A stretch of 64,000 bases of DNA from Phoronis australis (GCA_002633005.1 NMRA01000066.1:1079743-1143742); one strand, 5' to 3'; shown: positions 36,826 through 51,500, counted from the first letter of the stretch. The notes: a model not told the origin generated them from the letters alone. Program-made: numbers and translations.

Positions 36826-36970
36826 TTGCGAAATCTCGCGAAGTCTTGCTTTTCCAGCGAGGTCCAAGCGAAATCCCAGCAATATTGAACCCTATCCCGG
36901 TTTGCTTTCGGTATTCTCGCGAATCTTGCGAAAACGCAAGTTCACACAAGACTTCGCAAAATATCACAAC
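36826..36970. repeat. Short inverted-repeat (MITE-like) remnant
   Basis: gttgcgaaatctcgcgaagtcttg pairs imperfectly with caagacttcgcaaaatatcacaac. Confidence 0.5.
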
Positions 36971-38880
36971 ACAGAACAACAAAGCATGATGCGGTCACAT
37001 CAGTTTAGCGAATTTCTTATGTCAACGGAACTCAGCCAAGCAAGTGTTATATTTCTTTGAGGTCTGTAAGACCGCACCATGCTGACTTTCCACGAGCAGG
37101 GCTACAGACATTATGAAATAAAATGGGTATTTTGTCTGTTTTGAAAAGATTTAGAAACCAGCAAGTGGTCTCGGCAGAAAGTCAACCACTTCAATTCTTA
37201 CCACGGGTTTGTCACAAAACGGTTATCGCGTAGTGTTTTTGTGGCGGTGTTCCTGTAAAAATTTTACCCGCCACATGAAAATGCGATAACAAGATTTCTA
37301 TTATGAGAGAAGATCGAGGCGTCGCTTCAGCCATCGATATCCACGCATTTCCGATTTATTGATGAAAGGGTCATATTACGCCGGTTCAGCAGGAATACAA
37401 ACACATGGAGCATATTAATATCTATATATGCATTACAAATGCCAAATTCACGCCCTCAACTTATTTCGTACTTGCCGTTTCCGCGATGCGGGATTTGCAT
37501 AATGAATGAACAAAAGCGATAATACATTAAAGTGTTTTTATTATTTTCCATAGCAAATTACATATCATTAGATGGCATAACTGTGCCATGCTTTTCCTTT
37601 TGAGAGTCGCCAGTCACGCGAGCACCCAAAAATCGTTTGATTTTGGATCGGTTCATCGTAGAAGTTGTCTTAGAATGCCTGATCGAGAAGGTCTTCACAA
37701 AAAATGCCGATTTTCCTGGAACCACATTTCGTGAAGATAGAAAGGATTAAGTTGTTCCCAAATATGAATGGACACTCGTACAAATGAAACTGCGGCATTA
37801 CCAGTTTTATGGCCGATAAAACTATAGTTTGGGAATATTGTTGGATGGGATGGACCTCTTGGAATTGTTAACTTTGACGAGAGCTGTCAATCAACAAGGC
37901 TTGTTGTGCTTTTTGTGATTTAATCAGAAATGGTCAATTCTCGTCGATGTACGTCAGGCATTTGGTGAAATCAAGGCTGGTGACTTTACTAGCTAATGTG
38001 CTAAAACCACTTTGTTATGACAAATGACTAGATTATAAACTTAATTAAACCTTCCTTTATAGACCTGCAGTCGCAATCGTGAACTCAAAACGAGAAAATG
38101 GAGAAAAAGCGACTTTAGTTGAAAGTTTCATAACTCCGCGGACATGTGAGTGACGTATGAACTCACCCAACGCCAGTGCGTCGTGTTCGTCAACACTCGT
38201 ATTTCTTGTACAAACTTGTGCCATATCCGCGCTTCTCTGGTATCCCGCCGGAAAGTGTTTACGCCACAGCGCATTCAAATACTTAGTTGTCACAATCACC
38301 ACAAATGCAACTCCTCAACATTCCTTGTTCTGCCACAAACCGCGGGAAAATGAGCAGCACTATCTGTCAACTTTTCGCACTTAACACACAGGAATGATGA
38401 CTAATGCTGTCCTTGGTTGTCCCGATTCTACGTAATTTGTATCGACCAATGAATTCGCATGACTCGAGATCAGATAATTATGATTTATCGTCAGATAGTG
38501 TTTGCAGGTATTTTAACTTGCCACTTGATCCACTTGTGGTGTTGTTCATCTTGTTGTTTTGATATGGAGTTGGTGCTTTAAGCATTTTAAAATACTCTCA
38601 TTGACATAAGAATCTAATGTCATTAGATTTATAGACTGGGACTTAAAAGCTCCGCCCGTAGAGCGTTTGACTGAGACAGCATGGGGTTCCAAAGTCGATT
38701 CTACAATCAAGTTGATCTCAGATATTACATTTCTCGCTAATAATTTCCATTAGTATACATGAATATGAAAATCGTAAACCGACGTGGAAGTGTAGATCGA
38801 AAACAGGCCAAAGTCTGGTAGTACGCCACCTGTTGGCCACACCACGTTATCTAATGAATAAATAAGTCTTAAAGGTTTCT

Positions 38881-38952
38881 GCCCCAACCGGGACTCGAAC
38901 CCAGGACCTTCTACTAACCGTGTAGACGCTCTAGTCCATTGTCAAATAGAGG
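38881..38952 (-). repeat. tRNA-derived (SINE-like/pseudo-tRNA) sequence
   Basis: Minus strand reads tggactagagcg-tctac-acggtta-gtaga-aggtc-ctgggttcgagtcccgg-ttggggc: A-box-like segment, anticodon-arm-like stem and B-box GGTTCGAGTCC. Poor acceptor stem and non-canonical anticodon loop, so not a functional tRNA. Confidence 0.6.
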
Positions 38953-39209
38953 ATTTCAACTAATGAACGATTCCGAGCTGTCAATTCATTCAATTTCTTC
39001 ATATTTATTTCAAATGATACAAAAATTGGAACTACGAATCGAATCGAAATGAGCCGTGACGTATCGACATTGCAATCGGCCGCTCCCGCACTGCGATTCG
39101 ATTACAATTTGATTGATCGTCTCACCCTTAGTCATTTGGTTATTAATGCGATCGCAAGCTACGTGTCAGTCATCATGAAGATACTCATTATGCTTCACTT
39201 TAGTTAAAA

Positions 39210-39418
39210 ACTTCTTAAAGCGGATTTTAACGCAAGTTGGTTCAGTCAAAACAAATTCAAGCACAAATAATCCCCATTCAACACAACTCCACACATTTTC
39301 AACCTTAACTGAATTTGATATGATTTTTTTAGTTTAGTATGAATTTTTGGTTGTGCACCACCACCTAAAATGACCACCGCAGTGAGTGACAGCTGACTCA
39401 TGCATTATGGGTACTCAC
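39210..39418 (-). repeat. Interspersed repeat, inverted partner of 46549-46740
   Basis: gtgcaccaccacctaaaatgaccaccgcagtgagtgacagctgactcatgcattatgggtactcac is the near reverse complement of 46549-46615. gattttaacgcaagtt pairs with aacttgcgttaaaatc. Confidence 0.75.
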
Positions 39419-42400
39419 TCAACTGCCGCCATATGTAATGAGGTTTCGTGGAAGCTTTGTTCGTCTGCGTTTTAAAAAAATTCGGTAAAAGAAGGCAAAC
39501 AAAACAGGGTTGTTAATTACGACATGTTTATATCTCAGTGATATCTTTTGACTGAGGAAACTCGTCCTGTGTTCTAAATTGGTGAATGAAAAGAAAAGAG
39601 TGCCTTTAACTAAAAATAATACAATCAAATAATGCCGATAGAAGTGAATAAAAAATAATTTATCAGGAAAACTCACTTAGTTACTGAGCTTTTAAGTCCG
39701 ATAAGTGGGCGATTAGTGAGCCCGTCCCGGCACGCGTTATCTGAGTGGCGATCTCTTTAAGCAAGAGAGACATCTTGCTAAATTTAATGCTATTCCACGA
39801 GACCACCAAAATGTCGCCTCTTGGGTCACCTACTGTTGTGTGTTCATACATCGTGGCGAGATATGTTCAAAATGTTTATTTCAAATTTTTGGGTCATTGT
39901 TGTTTAAGTTTGAGCATCATAACTACTTTTCCCAAATAGCCCATTTTGGTTCAAAGCCGTTACGTGAAGCAGTTTTAAGACTGCTTAAGAGTGAAGTACG
40001 GCTCACAGCAGGCAAAAATGCACAGAGGGGTGATAAACCCAATGTCACCGATTCGAACCATACTATGCATTTTAGTTACCTTTGGGATGATAAACAAAAC
40101 AGTAAAGTCCAATNAGTCAGGGGGGTCAGTGTCATCTCACGGACAAAATATAAAGAGAATCTGTGACATAGCGTTTATCACCCTCTGCCTGGTCCATTCG
40201 CGAACAAGCTCTTAAAAACTGAAAAGAAAATGTTTTATAATGTTTATGTACATGTAGACATCTGTGCATTTTGCTCCACTATTTACTTAATTTTTAATCA
40301 TTTTTGAGGTGTTCTGTGGGATGCTGGTGATTTCAAATAACATTTTCCATCTGATTGCTGTTTGACTAAGAAATGTTGTAAGACAGGCGCCTACCTCTGT
40401 CTCCTTTTCATCTTTGGTAACGAGCTTGCGACGCACGTATCATTTATCTACTATTCGGGACATATGTCGATCATGAATTGGATTTTTTGTTTGTTTCCAA
40501 GCAACAGCCGATATAAAGTACACACATTGCGTATTTTACAGTCCTTGACTACGGGCAGTATGTACAGCTGAATCTCGTAAAATTCTCGAAGGGGCTTCTT
40601 TAATTTTTTGAAATGTGTTTCTATGGTGATGAAATCGGTTGACGTCAATTTTTAAATAATTCGATTGCTGCTGGCCCCTCTGGAGGCAGTTTCTCTAATT
40701 TGATTTCTTTGGTGAAATTTCAAAATGTTTCTATTCAGGAAATGGTGGCACATGCATGTTTATGAAAGATTCAAACCTGTGGTGCCTCTTCAGTGACATT
40801 TTTAGCCTTTTGGATACCGTTCATTTGTCTCCCATTAGTTGCTAACTGATGCGCTGTCATGGAAACGTCTACCTTATTATCTGACAATAATTGCTAAAAA
40901 TATTTAAGTAATTTGAGTCTTTTCATTTCCACAGGATGCCAGTCAATTTATTGATTCCACCCGAGACTGATTTTGACACTTATTGTCACACTCCCATTAG
41001 ATATAAATTGCTATCCGTTAAAAATATTAGGTGCATTGGTTTAAAACTTTCATGGTAGCTGAGAGTTATTTCTAGCAAAGTAAATCTGAAGTAATCTAAA
41101 TTCAAATTAAATATATGTATATCAAAATGATTCTAACAACATTTTAACACAATAAGTAACTTAGAATATGGTATAGGAAATTTCAGCAACACAAACAATC
41201 AAAACCCAGTTAAGTATGGAAGTGGACATGCATAACTGTAGTTTTACGGCAATGACGACTGAGTACCATAAAAGCGCCTCTCTTTAAACTAGAACTTGAC
41301 AAGCATGATAACAAAGAACTTGAAGCTTTGAGGCTAAAATATTGGAGTAACCTTTGTACTTCATAATCCAAATGTAGTCTATATCTGTAAAACAATCAAG
41401 ATTCTTCATATTTTGTTGCTTTTATATAATCTAAAGTAGAATGTACCTGTAATTATGCAAAACATAAAGTAAAAGCACAAGTTGTACATAAAATTTAATT
41501 AGAAGAAAATGTCTCGCATAATCATTCCTTGAAGAAAAGTTGACTTAAGTTTATAACAAAAAGAAAGCGCTCGGAGGATCGACACTTGGCGAAATTGACT
41601 GAAAAGACAACGACGTTGGCGAAATTGACATCGATGCGATAACGAGCACACTTTCCAAGTCCGTGACAGGACCAACAACGTCTTCAGTTTTACAACATAC
41701 GCTTGAAAGAAAAGGGAGATCATTCAATTGGAAGCGTACTTGGAGACTGAAATTGGGCGACATGGAATACTGAATAAATGAGAATAAAGTTGATAATGTC
41801 AATGATGACGACAATGATAGTGATGAAGATGACGGTGTCTATGATGAACATGATGACAACAATCATATGATGAATGAAGAAATCAGAAATGAGCAGGAAA
41901 TATAGTCTTGTTCAAACCAACAAAAGTGCAGCAACATTCAGTCACCGAAGGAACGGCGTGATCAGAAAACCTCGAATAATTAAAAAGAGACTTCCTAGCG
42001 AAAAATGGAAAACATCTTCTTAAAGCCCGTTCAAAACTCTACTAAACAAAGTAGTTTCACAAAATTCCACATTTTCGAAAAATTTCTAATTTTGCGTATT
42101 TTGAATTGAAAGTCAACTAACTCAAAAACGGTAAGTATGATAACAAATCTTTATTGTACATTTGAAAGAGTATTCCTTAAAAAATCCACATGCAAAAATT
42201 TACATCAGCACGATTGCAAAGTGATGAAAAATGCGTCAGATCCGCCATTTTGAAAACGGTTAAGGTGGTACTGAACAGTTAGGCTGCGGCCGAGGCCAAT
42301 TTGCCAAAATATTAAAATTTTTGGATAGGCCAAGTTTGGGGGCACTTTGTAGGTAGGCATTGCATGTAGGCTCAGTGAATGTGGTTTGTTTGTATTTGTG

Positions 42401-45400
42401 AACATGCTGAAAATGAAAAAAGCCACTTTCTCGGCTGTAGCTGCACTCTCCTTCAAGATGGTGGCCCCCTGTTGCAATTGTGCATTGCTGTGTAGCAACT
42501 GAGAAATTGGCCGCGATTTCAGGTAGCCCTCAAACAAGCCAAATTTGAAAAAAAAAACTAGTTGGTTGACAGTATTTTTGGACCACATTTCTGGAATCGG
42601 TAGGAAATTTGCTTTCGCAAGCTAATGTTGGCTTTAGTGGAGCATCGGCAGGGAAGTGATGATTTTGGGGTGAAAAGTGCCGATTTTGCATTTTTTTTGC
42701 CCTTATTTTTCTTAGTTCAGCTTGGTTTCCATTGGGAGTGAAAGGGTAAAAAATACAAGAGAGTACAAAGTTTCTGTGCTCATCTGTAGGGCTTGTGATG
42801 TGAAATGACTCAAAACTTTTCTTTATTTGCATGCAGTTTTTGACAGAGTGAATAGTCCATTGACGTGTGTTTTGATAGGCAAATCCCTGTGAGAACGGTT
42901 CAGTGCCTACTAAGCAGCACTTGATAATAGATACTCGTAGGAAACTAACACATGAAAAGCGAAACAATTGATTCTACAATGCGCCCTCTACAGGACAAAA
43001 CGTTTTCGTCCTGAAATCGAGGTGCCCAATCGCATTGGCCGATATTTCCGCTATCTTTAACCGGAAGTTAATGTTTTATGACACATTTGCCAAAATAATC
43101 ATACATATTTTCACATTTGTTCGTAAAAAATGCAGCCTCTATGATCATTTGGAATCCGATCAGGTCGAAAATCATTAGACTTTAAGCTATTCCGGAGATA
43201 AAGGTTGTGTGTGAATTTTGGGGGAATCGGACGAAAAATGCGACCTGTAGAGCGTGAACAAAAAACAAAAAACAAAAATGATGTTGGAGCGAGATACTTG
43301 GCGAAAGAATTTCGGCAAGTAAAATTATTTCAAAGCAAATTAAACTACAGTGCAAGGTCAATTGAATGGGCATTTCATTGTTTTAGCAAAAACACCGGGC
43401 ATTGTACAAAGCTGCTCTTTGTATTAGTTAGTCTACAGATATATCCAGTTAAATCTTCGCTGATGACAAAGTAGCCGTGCGATGTTGATAGTTTTTCATT
43501 TTTGTTCTGCAGACATCTACACCTTTCCTGCGTTGTACGCTTATGTTTTAAAAGCGAAAAATAAACGTTTGGTTCGTGCGCTTCATAGATGTTCCAACCA
43601 TTTATGCGGGAGAACCGCTTATCATTTAAGTACCCTAAATCGCCTTAAAATGGCGCACGAATAAAATATTTCATTAAAATCACATAAATTATTCACGTCA
43701 GCCTTAGAAGTGCCGTTTGTGTCTCTGATCCACGGTCAGTTGTAAACGCTTAATGGCTGAAATGGTGTATGGATATGTCAGGCAGCATTGTCGTCTCTGA
43801 AACGTTGATTCTCATTAAATCTTTCTGCTTGAATCCATTTTAAAATGTAATTGAATAACAAAACATTCGTTCAAAGAGTGTAGAAAAATGCAACTGTGAA
43901 AATTTTCAAAAACAATATATAAAAAGGCCCATTCAAAAGATTTCTTAAATTTGTAAACAGATCCAAAATCTATCCACAAACGTAAAAATCTTTCAATGCC
44001 CACAGTCCTGCAAACTTGCACTTGAGAGGCACCCATTTCCCAGTGTACAAACAGGGTATCTCCCTGTCACGTGATGGATACATCGAAATTATTGGTATCA
44101 ATTTTAGTTAGGAGTCCTTATGCATCACTCGGTAATCCCATTCTTCGTGAAACTTTGAAGGTCTATAGGGAAAAAATTAAACGGCCAAGAAGTCCAAAAT
44201 TGGTGATTTTTGTATCAAAGCCACACTACACAAAGTATAAGCTTAATCTGAAATATGACAACTAGGGTGATTTTTTGATTTCTTTTGATTTTTCTCTTGA
44301 TATGGCTCTTAATAAGCTAAGTCATCGCAAATGACTTGTACTGAAAGTGAGTTAACACTTGACCTTTGAAAACACGTCTTTTGCAAAACAACATGATGGA
44401 GGGAACTGGGATGTCTCGATGGATATTTGCGTTCTATTTTACGACCAATTAAAAACAAGCATGATGTCAGAATCCGGATGACATAAAAAGACTAAAAAGA
44501 CGCTCTAGATGGGTGACGTGTTGTTGGCACAGTGTTAAAGACTTATTAGCACACGTGTGTAACCCATACTGAATGGTTAAAACATGTTATAACGAAACCA
44601 TTAGCGGCATACAGGTTAATCCTAACGAAATCATTAGCCGAAAAATTCATAAAAGTCCTCACTTGTCACGGACCGGAGCGGAGCGATACTTCGCCATTTC
44701 AGATTTGCCGCTAAGTCGGAAGTGAGGTTCACTGATTAAGGAACAGTTGAAGATCGTATATATACTGGACTAAGCGTGTTTTAAATGGAGTAATTTTAAT
44801 TTTAAAACTCGGGTAAACAGTATAAACGTAACGAAGAACACGCAGCAACAGAATAATTTAATAAAATTGCAATACATTAAGAACATTCTGACAACTTTCG
44901 AAAATATTGAAAATAAATTGTTGAATACAGACGGTGGAACAGAGAAAGACATGCTGGAACGTACATGTAGGCCCGGTCACGTGTTGTCTCGTCTTTGACG
45001 GCTAAAATTGTTTTATTGGATAGACATGTACTGTTTACCTTGTTTAGAACTATTGTACGTGTGCAACTGAGTCTAGTTTTCTCCGAAGTGACAGTTTCAT
45101 GTTAGAAGTAAATCAAGACATTCTGTTTGGTCAAGGTATAACGTACTCATAGTTATTCCCAAGTCAGAAATCTCTTCTACATTTATCTCAGCAAAAATAA
45201 TTTGGGACAAGTTTTACACGCATAACTGTAAGTGGTTTGAACCTATTTTCGTAGTCCTGCATGTCTTTTTATTTTTGTTGCCAATTTGAAGACTGTGAAA
45301 AAGTTGCAACAACTAATAGTCATCTGAAACTGTTTTCTTTTTATTTGCAAATCGTTCGCGTAGCTAAGTGTCCTTAACTGCCCCAAATGATACTTCAAAC

Positions 45401-45639
45401 CTGACAACAAAGCTATTTCCGGTCGAGAAATATCATATTTCGTAGGTAGAGGGCGTCACAAACTGCACATTTTCAGCAGTTTTATAAATATCTATGCGGC
45501 AATGAAACATTCCGCCTCCTTTGCATACTTATCATGCAACTCTTGCTTGCGTGCACATGGGTGCTTTAGTGTTTAACAGATTTCTAATATATATTCACAA
45601 GCTTTAATTTCAATTAGAGCACAATCATGTAACTCCTAC

Positions 45640-45794
45640 CAGTGGCGGATTTAGAGGGGGCCAAGGGGGCCATGATCCCCCTAAAACTCTTCCAGATTCC
45701 TTTTGCGGTTCGGGGGTGCGAATGTCTGACGGGCAAAGTCCTGGCTAATACTCTGCCCTGGCCCCCCTAACTCAAAGTGCTGGATCCGCCCCTG
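45640..45794. mobile_element. MITE family B (CAG..CTG ends, 5-bp TSD), copy 1
   Basis: TIR cagtggcggat / atccgcccctg. TSD CCTAC at 45635-45639 and 45795-45799. Homologue at 54675-54835. Confidence 0.9.
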
Positions 45795-46548
45795 CCTACA
45801 GGTTAATTCGTATGTTAGGCTATTTCTTCTGTGCATTGTCCGAGTAGCGAGTTTAGACACAAAATATCTGCGCAAAATCAATATTCACCAGTTGAGAAGT
45901 TACATGAATCACTGAACCTGTATAAGGTAGTACCGAGATGGCTACAAATTTTAATTTTCTCGAAAACTAAAATGCCTCATCACCTAGTCGGCGCGTCAAG
46001 TAATCACTAACTGGAATACTCTAAATACCAGTTTGCTTATAGGTGAAATATAAGGTAAAGCTAGGCATCTCGATAATATCGACAATTCACGTGGCGCAGC
46101 TGGAAAATAATGATGCCCTGCCAATTAGAGGATAGACACGAAATTTGTAGCAAACATCCATGAAAAATTTTTCCTTTCGGAGGGTCTTGCTCTAGGAACA
46201 TCACCCTCTTGTATAAGATTATTCAACCCACGTCTAGGCATTGTTGTAGGAAAAGGCACCATATCGTAAGGAAGTATGGTCACAAAAAGGTCACCCCTCT
46301 AAGCGGCACAACCTCTTCTATAAGAAGATCCTCGGGGTCTAGCGAGAAGTTTTTTAAAGATATTCTTTCCGTTACATTCACTGATTTAGAATACAGGACT
46401 ATTTTCGTTAGTCGAAAGGTATCACAGAAATACAAACTGTTCGTAACTTTCGGGCATGTTTATGTTTGTCTTATTTTACTATATTTTAAGTTTTTTTAAA
46501 AGTGGGCGGGGTTATCGCGGAAATCTCATTGGACACGAAGGCAGGTAT

Positions 46549-46740
46549 GTGAGTACTCATAAGGCGTGAGTCAGCTGTCACTCACTACGGCGGCCATTTT
46601 ATGTGGTGGTGCACCACCTCAACATAATTTAAACTGAAATATTCTTATCAATTAGTCAATTAAATTTGAAAATATATTTGGAGATTTAACGAATAAGCAT
46701 TATCACTAACTTGCGTTAAAATCTGTTTTATAGTGTATGA
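46549..46740 (+). repeat. Interspersed repeat, inverted partner of 39210-39418
   Basis: gtgagtactcataaggcgtgagtcagctgtcactcactacggcggccattttatgtggtggtgcac. Weaker similarity may extend to about 47235 (gggcagaacct). Confidence 0.75.
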
Positions 46741-48919
46741 AGCGGAAAAGTATCTTTAATGCGTTCGGTAACGCGTCTAGTGTAGCATACATGTACATAG
46801 AAAAGGCTTTGTAAAAACAATAACTTTTTCGTACACGTTCCCAATGTGAAATATTCGAAAGAATGCGATCCATTACACGCCAGCGTGAAATTAAAAAGAA
46901 AAACCGAAATGCTTGAAATAGACTGAGCTTATCCGAGACTTCAACGCGCAGTCGCAAATCAATGGCAACACGTTGCAAACTGACATGAAGGGTTCCCTGA
47001 GAGCTCTTAGTGACATACTCTCCAGGGAATGGGGATTGTCTTGTCAGCTTACGCACAAGCGTGTATGATTAAAAGGATCAGGATCGGATCGGGTGTTCTC
47101 GAAGATATTCTAACAAGTCAACAAATAAAAATGCTCTAATCATTTTTGGTAGGAATTCCGTCTTCGATTACCGGAGTTGGCAGGTTGGAATGTATTATCG
47201 CCCGTGTTAGGTAAGTCCTTGGGCAGAACCTATATATGCGTTCCTTGTTAAGTCGATAAATGGCACTGTGAGGGTTCCATTTAATGTCGATTCCTAGCAT
47301 TTATCTACCGATATAATTTATTAATTAAAATTGCTATCGAAGAACTCTGTTTGTCCTGTGAATACACACGGCTCACCATGCAGATTTTATTGTGCGTGTC
47401 AAATGATAACGCTAATGAATATGCTAATCTACTTTTAATGTGCACTTCACACAAACTTTTAAAGTGTTCGAGCATCCGAGCACAAAACTGTTGTATGTTC
47501 TCCATGTTGCAGTAGATGGCTTTGAGGCCTTATGTTTTTTACCTGTTGATGTGTATTTTACCATTTTTTGGCGGTTTCCGTATGAATTAATGATTTATGT
47601 CACCCTGAATGTATGCTGAGACATAAACTAAATGTAGCGCATCTAATCAGCTGTATTGTTGCTGTAGAAAGTCAGCACGGGTTGCTTTCTTTTTCACCAG
47701 TCCTTTCTCTATCAATAGGCTTATTAATTCTATCACATGGGATATAGTTACTAAGTCTGTCGATAGAAATAGTAAGTCTATCTATACAGTAAGTTATCTC
47801 TATCTATAGAATTACTCTCACCATCCATAGATTTAGTACCGCCATCCATAGATGCTCTTATTGGTGACGATGCGCCTATCCGAAACAATGCGTTTATTAA
47901 AGAAAATTGTTTACTCAGGTGTTTTTAATAAATAGACAGATGCCACTAAGTTTTATTTACAAGAACAGGTGGGTGTCCTTTACGCAGGCGCTCACATTGA
48001 TGTGCATACAGGCACATGTATTGTCCACGACAAAAGCGCAAATCTTGCCCATGCGTGCGTGTGAAACACTTTCACGAGACTTACGGGTTTGACAGCGTAT
48101 TTCCTAAATAACAACTCGGATAAAATCACGCTCTGTTAGGCTCACTTGTGAATTTTTATGCTGCTGTTCGTTTCAGTCACTTACGATTGCAATGTTTCAT
48201 ATTCGCAAAGGATGAAAAAGAACATTAATAATTGAACCTAACGTGAATAGTGCATAACGTTCAGAAGAAAGAAATGTTTTGATTAAACTCACCAGTGATA
48301 ATGCCTACAGTTTTCAACTGAAAAACAAAAAAGGTTTAAAATTAAGTTGCCAACTAAGTATATGTATATACAATACGTCTAGGTATATTATGCGACTCAT
48401 GTTATTCATAAGTTTCTTCACTACATACGACGAGTCAAATAGCTGAGAATATTAAAATCAGTGGGGTGCACCTATATCCCAACCGAGCGTCATCCTCAAG
48501 CTTGGTTTTATTACATACTTCGCTCATAGACGCGTGCGCTTCGAATATAGGCGCAATGACCTAAATGAACGCATAGAGTAATATCTTTATTGATAGCCTT
48601 TCTAACTTTATTCGTAGAGTTACTGAACCTTTCGACAGATTTAGGACTGGAGAAAAAATAATCCCGTATTGCCCTCTTACTGCCTTCTACGGTACGTAGT
48701 TCTGGAAAACTGTTCCACGACAATAATCAACAGTGCCGAATAAATAGCGAACACTTAGGGATCCGTATTTCAAACATCTTGCTCTCAAAGACTTGACTGA
48801 CCCAAGGTGAATAAGATGCTACAAGCTACACTGTATGAACTGAGAAAAAGTTAACGAAGACTATGTAATTCAGGTTGTTCTACGGGTACCTGTTACAAAA
48901 GCACAGTCTGCCCTGGCAA

Positions 48920-49495
48920 TAGACAGTGGCCACTGTCTAGCTGGTAGATGGTGTAGCTCCTATAGGAGCTTCATACACCGGAAGCTTTTCGGCAAATTAT
49001 GCCTCACACTGATTATAATATCAAATTCACTTTGTTATACATGTAAGTACCTGCTGCGCATAGAGGGACACCTTAGGAGGCCATTTATGTCTTAACTCCT
49101 TATATCTCGAACAAATACTCCCTTTATCAAACTTTTTGTTCAAGCAGTCCTTCGTTCATTTCCCATTCTCGGAAACTGCGCGAGGCAGGTGGTATGACGC
49201 CATATTCCCTGGAGTACGCAGTGTAAACTGGCCAGTTACCGATTTTGGGAACTGATCGAGGGACTGCTAGAAGAAAAAGTTTGATAACGAGAGCATTTGT
49301 TCGAGTTGGAAGCAGTTAAAGACATTGAATGCCTCCTAATGTGTCTCTCTGTGCCCAAAAGGTATTTATAACAACGTGACTTTCACGATTTAGTTGGTGT
49401 GAGGCATAATTCGCCGAGAAGCTTCCGGCGTGTGAAGCTCCTATAAGAGCTACACCGTCTCTACTGAGCCAGCTAGAGACGATGGTCACTGTTTA
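48920..49495. mobile_element. Foldback (long-TIR) non-autonomous DNA transposon, possibly Academ-type
   Basis: Arms of about 240 bp are imperfect reverse complements (ggtgtagctcctataggagcttca..ccggaagctt..aattatgcctcacac versus gtgtgaggcataatt..aagcttccgg..tgaagctcctataagagctacacc; ctcgaacaaat versus atttgttcgag). Left end tagacagtggccactgtcta. TSD not clean. Confidence 0.8.
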
Positions 49496-51381
49496 CCATT
49501 GGAAATGTTTTTTTCCAAATTAAAGTTTGGTCGAATTTACAATCAAAAGTTTGCCAGTGTAGAGGGGTTTCCAAGCGTGACCAAAGAGTTTGCCAGATTG
49601 TTTGATTGCTAGCAAATATTTGGCATAGTTACTGACGACTGGATGTCAAACTTACCAAATATCAGCAAAGTCCGAGCTCGGTCGTGTTTTCAAGTAACGT
49701 TGCAAATTTGGTGAACCACGTGTCTATTGATTTGCATCCGAGTTATGATCGAATGGCTTCACTGCAAAATCTCCTAAAAATTTGGCCGAAAAATTGTCCA
49801 AAATTTCCTGGGGCTTCTAATTTTTTGTGAACCCCGGCACTATTTCAAACTATTGTCAGAAGGTAAGCGACGCTACAGAGCTCGAAAACGGTAAACCATT
49901 GATTTTTGTGACAAAGAGGGATAATAAAATTCAACATGCTGCTGTAGCATTAAATTTTGTCATCAAATCATTTTTCAACGTTGGAAAATTATCCCGCATA
50001 TCGCGCAAGTAACCTGTGAAATTGTCTGTTCAAAGATGCGTTTAATAGATGCAGATGCAGAGGTCTACTAAAAAACATAGGGCACATAATGCTGTTAGTA
50101 CTTTGAAAATTCGGCTGGAGCTTTCGATTCACTTGGCTTGTTCACGACTTTGTAGAATAATAAACAAAATATAAACATCATGAATTTCTTCCCAATGTAA
50201 GAGGTACAACGCCAATGGATCCAACTCAGAGATTTTTCAAAACATGTGCTATCACAAATGTGTTGACTGAAAACGAAAATTGACGTCTGGATAGAAAGAT
50301 CAATTGGTTTAGATGGGAGTTTAAGTAGCCGAAATTGTCAAGTGGATGAACCCAACACTGAACCGAAACGGCGACGTTCAGTTCATCTTATTTACAGTAT
50401 GAATCCTTACAAGATGCAAACTAAAACGCAATGATGACGTCAGCAATATCACCACTTGTACGTAACGTCAATAATTAATCAACGGTTGTTTGCTAGAAAC
50501 GATTCCTAGTTTTAACTTATAGGTATTATTAGTATTCCACGGTTTTAAAGTTGAAGAATTTCTACCATGTTTACTACGGAAATAAACACAGTTGATATAT
50601 CTTCAGCAATACCTGCTTGATGACTTTGAATAAAATCACTGAATCCAGACTCTTGTAAGTACGTTAGCTTCATTTCATTAGAAGCTACGTTAGCTTCAGT
50701 CACATTTGTCGCACAGGAAGAATACATTTTATTTCAATAACTTTCAATCGACCTAGTTACTGTTGGTGATTTATTGTAATCGTAAAATCTGTAGAAACTG
50801 CCTTTGCAAACCTTTATTTGTAGATTGATGAAGGGCTGTATGCAAGCACTTCCCTGTGTGATATTAAATCAGTGGTCGGAAGAATGATAATTTTTATAGC
50901 AGCTGTGTGTGATATCTATAGATTTGTCAATGAATGCAGGCGCGTGCTATAGGCTAGTTGTAACAGTGATCACTAACCCACCAGTTTATATCACTTTCAT
51001 TATTATTGGAGTTTCCACCTCTGCCTTTACTACCACTGAACATGTAAAAGAAACAGGCTTCGTGAAACACCTACCCCAAAAGACACTACTAACACAGACA
51101 GTTCACGAAAATGCGAAAATACCAGAAAATAGGAATAAGAAGAGAAAATTAGCAGCGAGAAAAAAGCACTACTCAAGCTGTAAACCTGTAGTGAAATAAA
51201 ATCTATATACTTTCTAGTTATGTATTTCTTTATAGCTGTCATTTTAATCATTAATATTTTATACCTCTTGGCCGTCTGCTTTGCTGTTACGCTCTGAACG
51301 ACCGCCAAAGATGCAGAGAGTTTGACAGACTAACATGGAAAATTATTACGAACTTAGGAAACTTTCTATTCACACGCACGT

Positions 51382-51384
<3 letters not shown>

Positions 51385-51434
<50 letters not shown>

Positions 51435-51500
51435 AACACAAATATATGTATGTATGTATGTATGTACATGTATGTATGTATGTATGTTTGTATGTATTTA
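51385..51500. repeat. Compound microsatellite (CA)n + (TATG)n
   Basis: Directly visible. Confidence 0.95.

Noticed and set aside
38881-38952. Functional tRNA gene
   Set aside because: Acceptor stem does not pair well and the anticodon loop is non-canonical; treated as a tRNA-derived repeat.
41555-41905. Acidic coding-like stretch
   Set aside because: Two in-frame stops and no identifiable domain; cannot be called as a gene.
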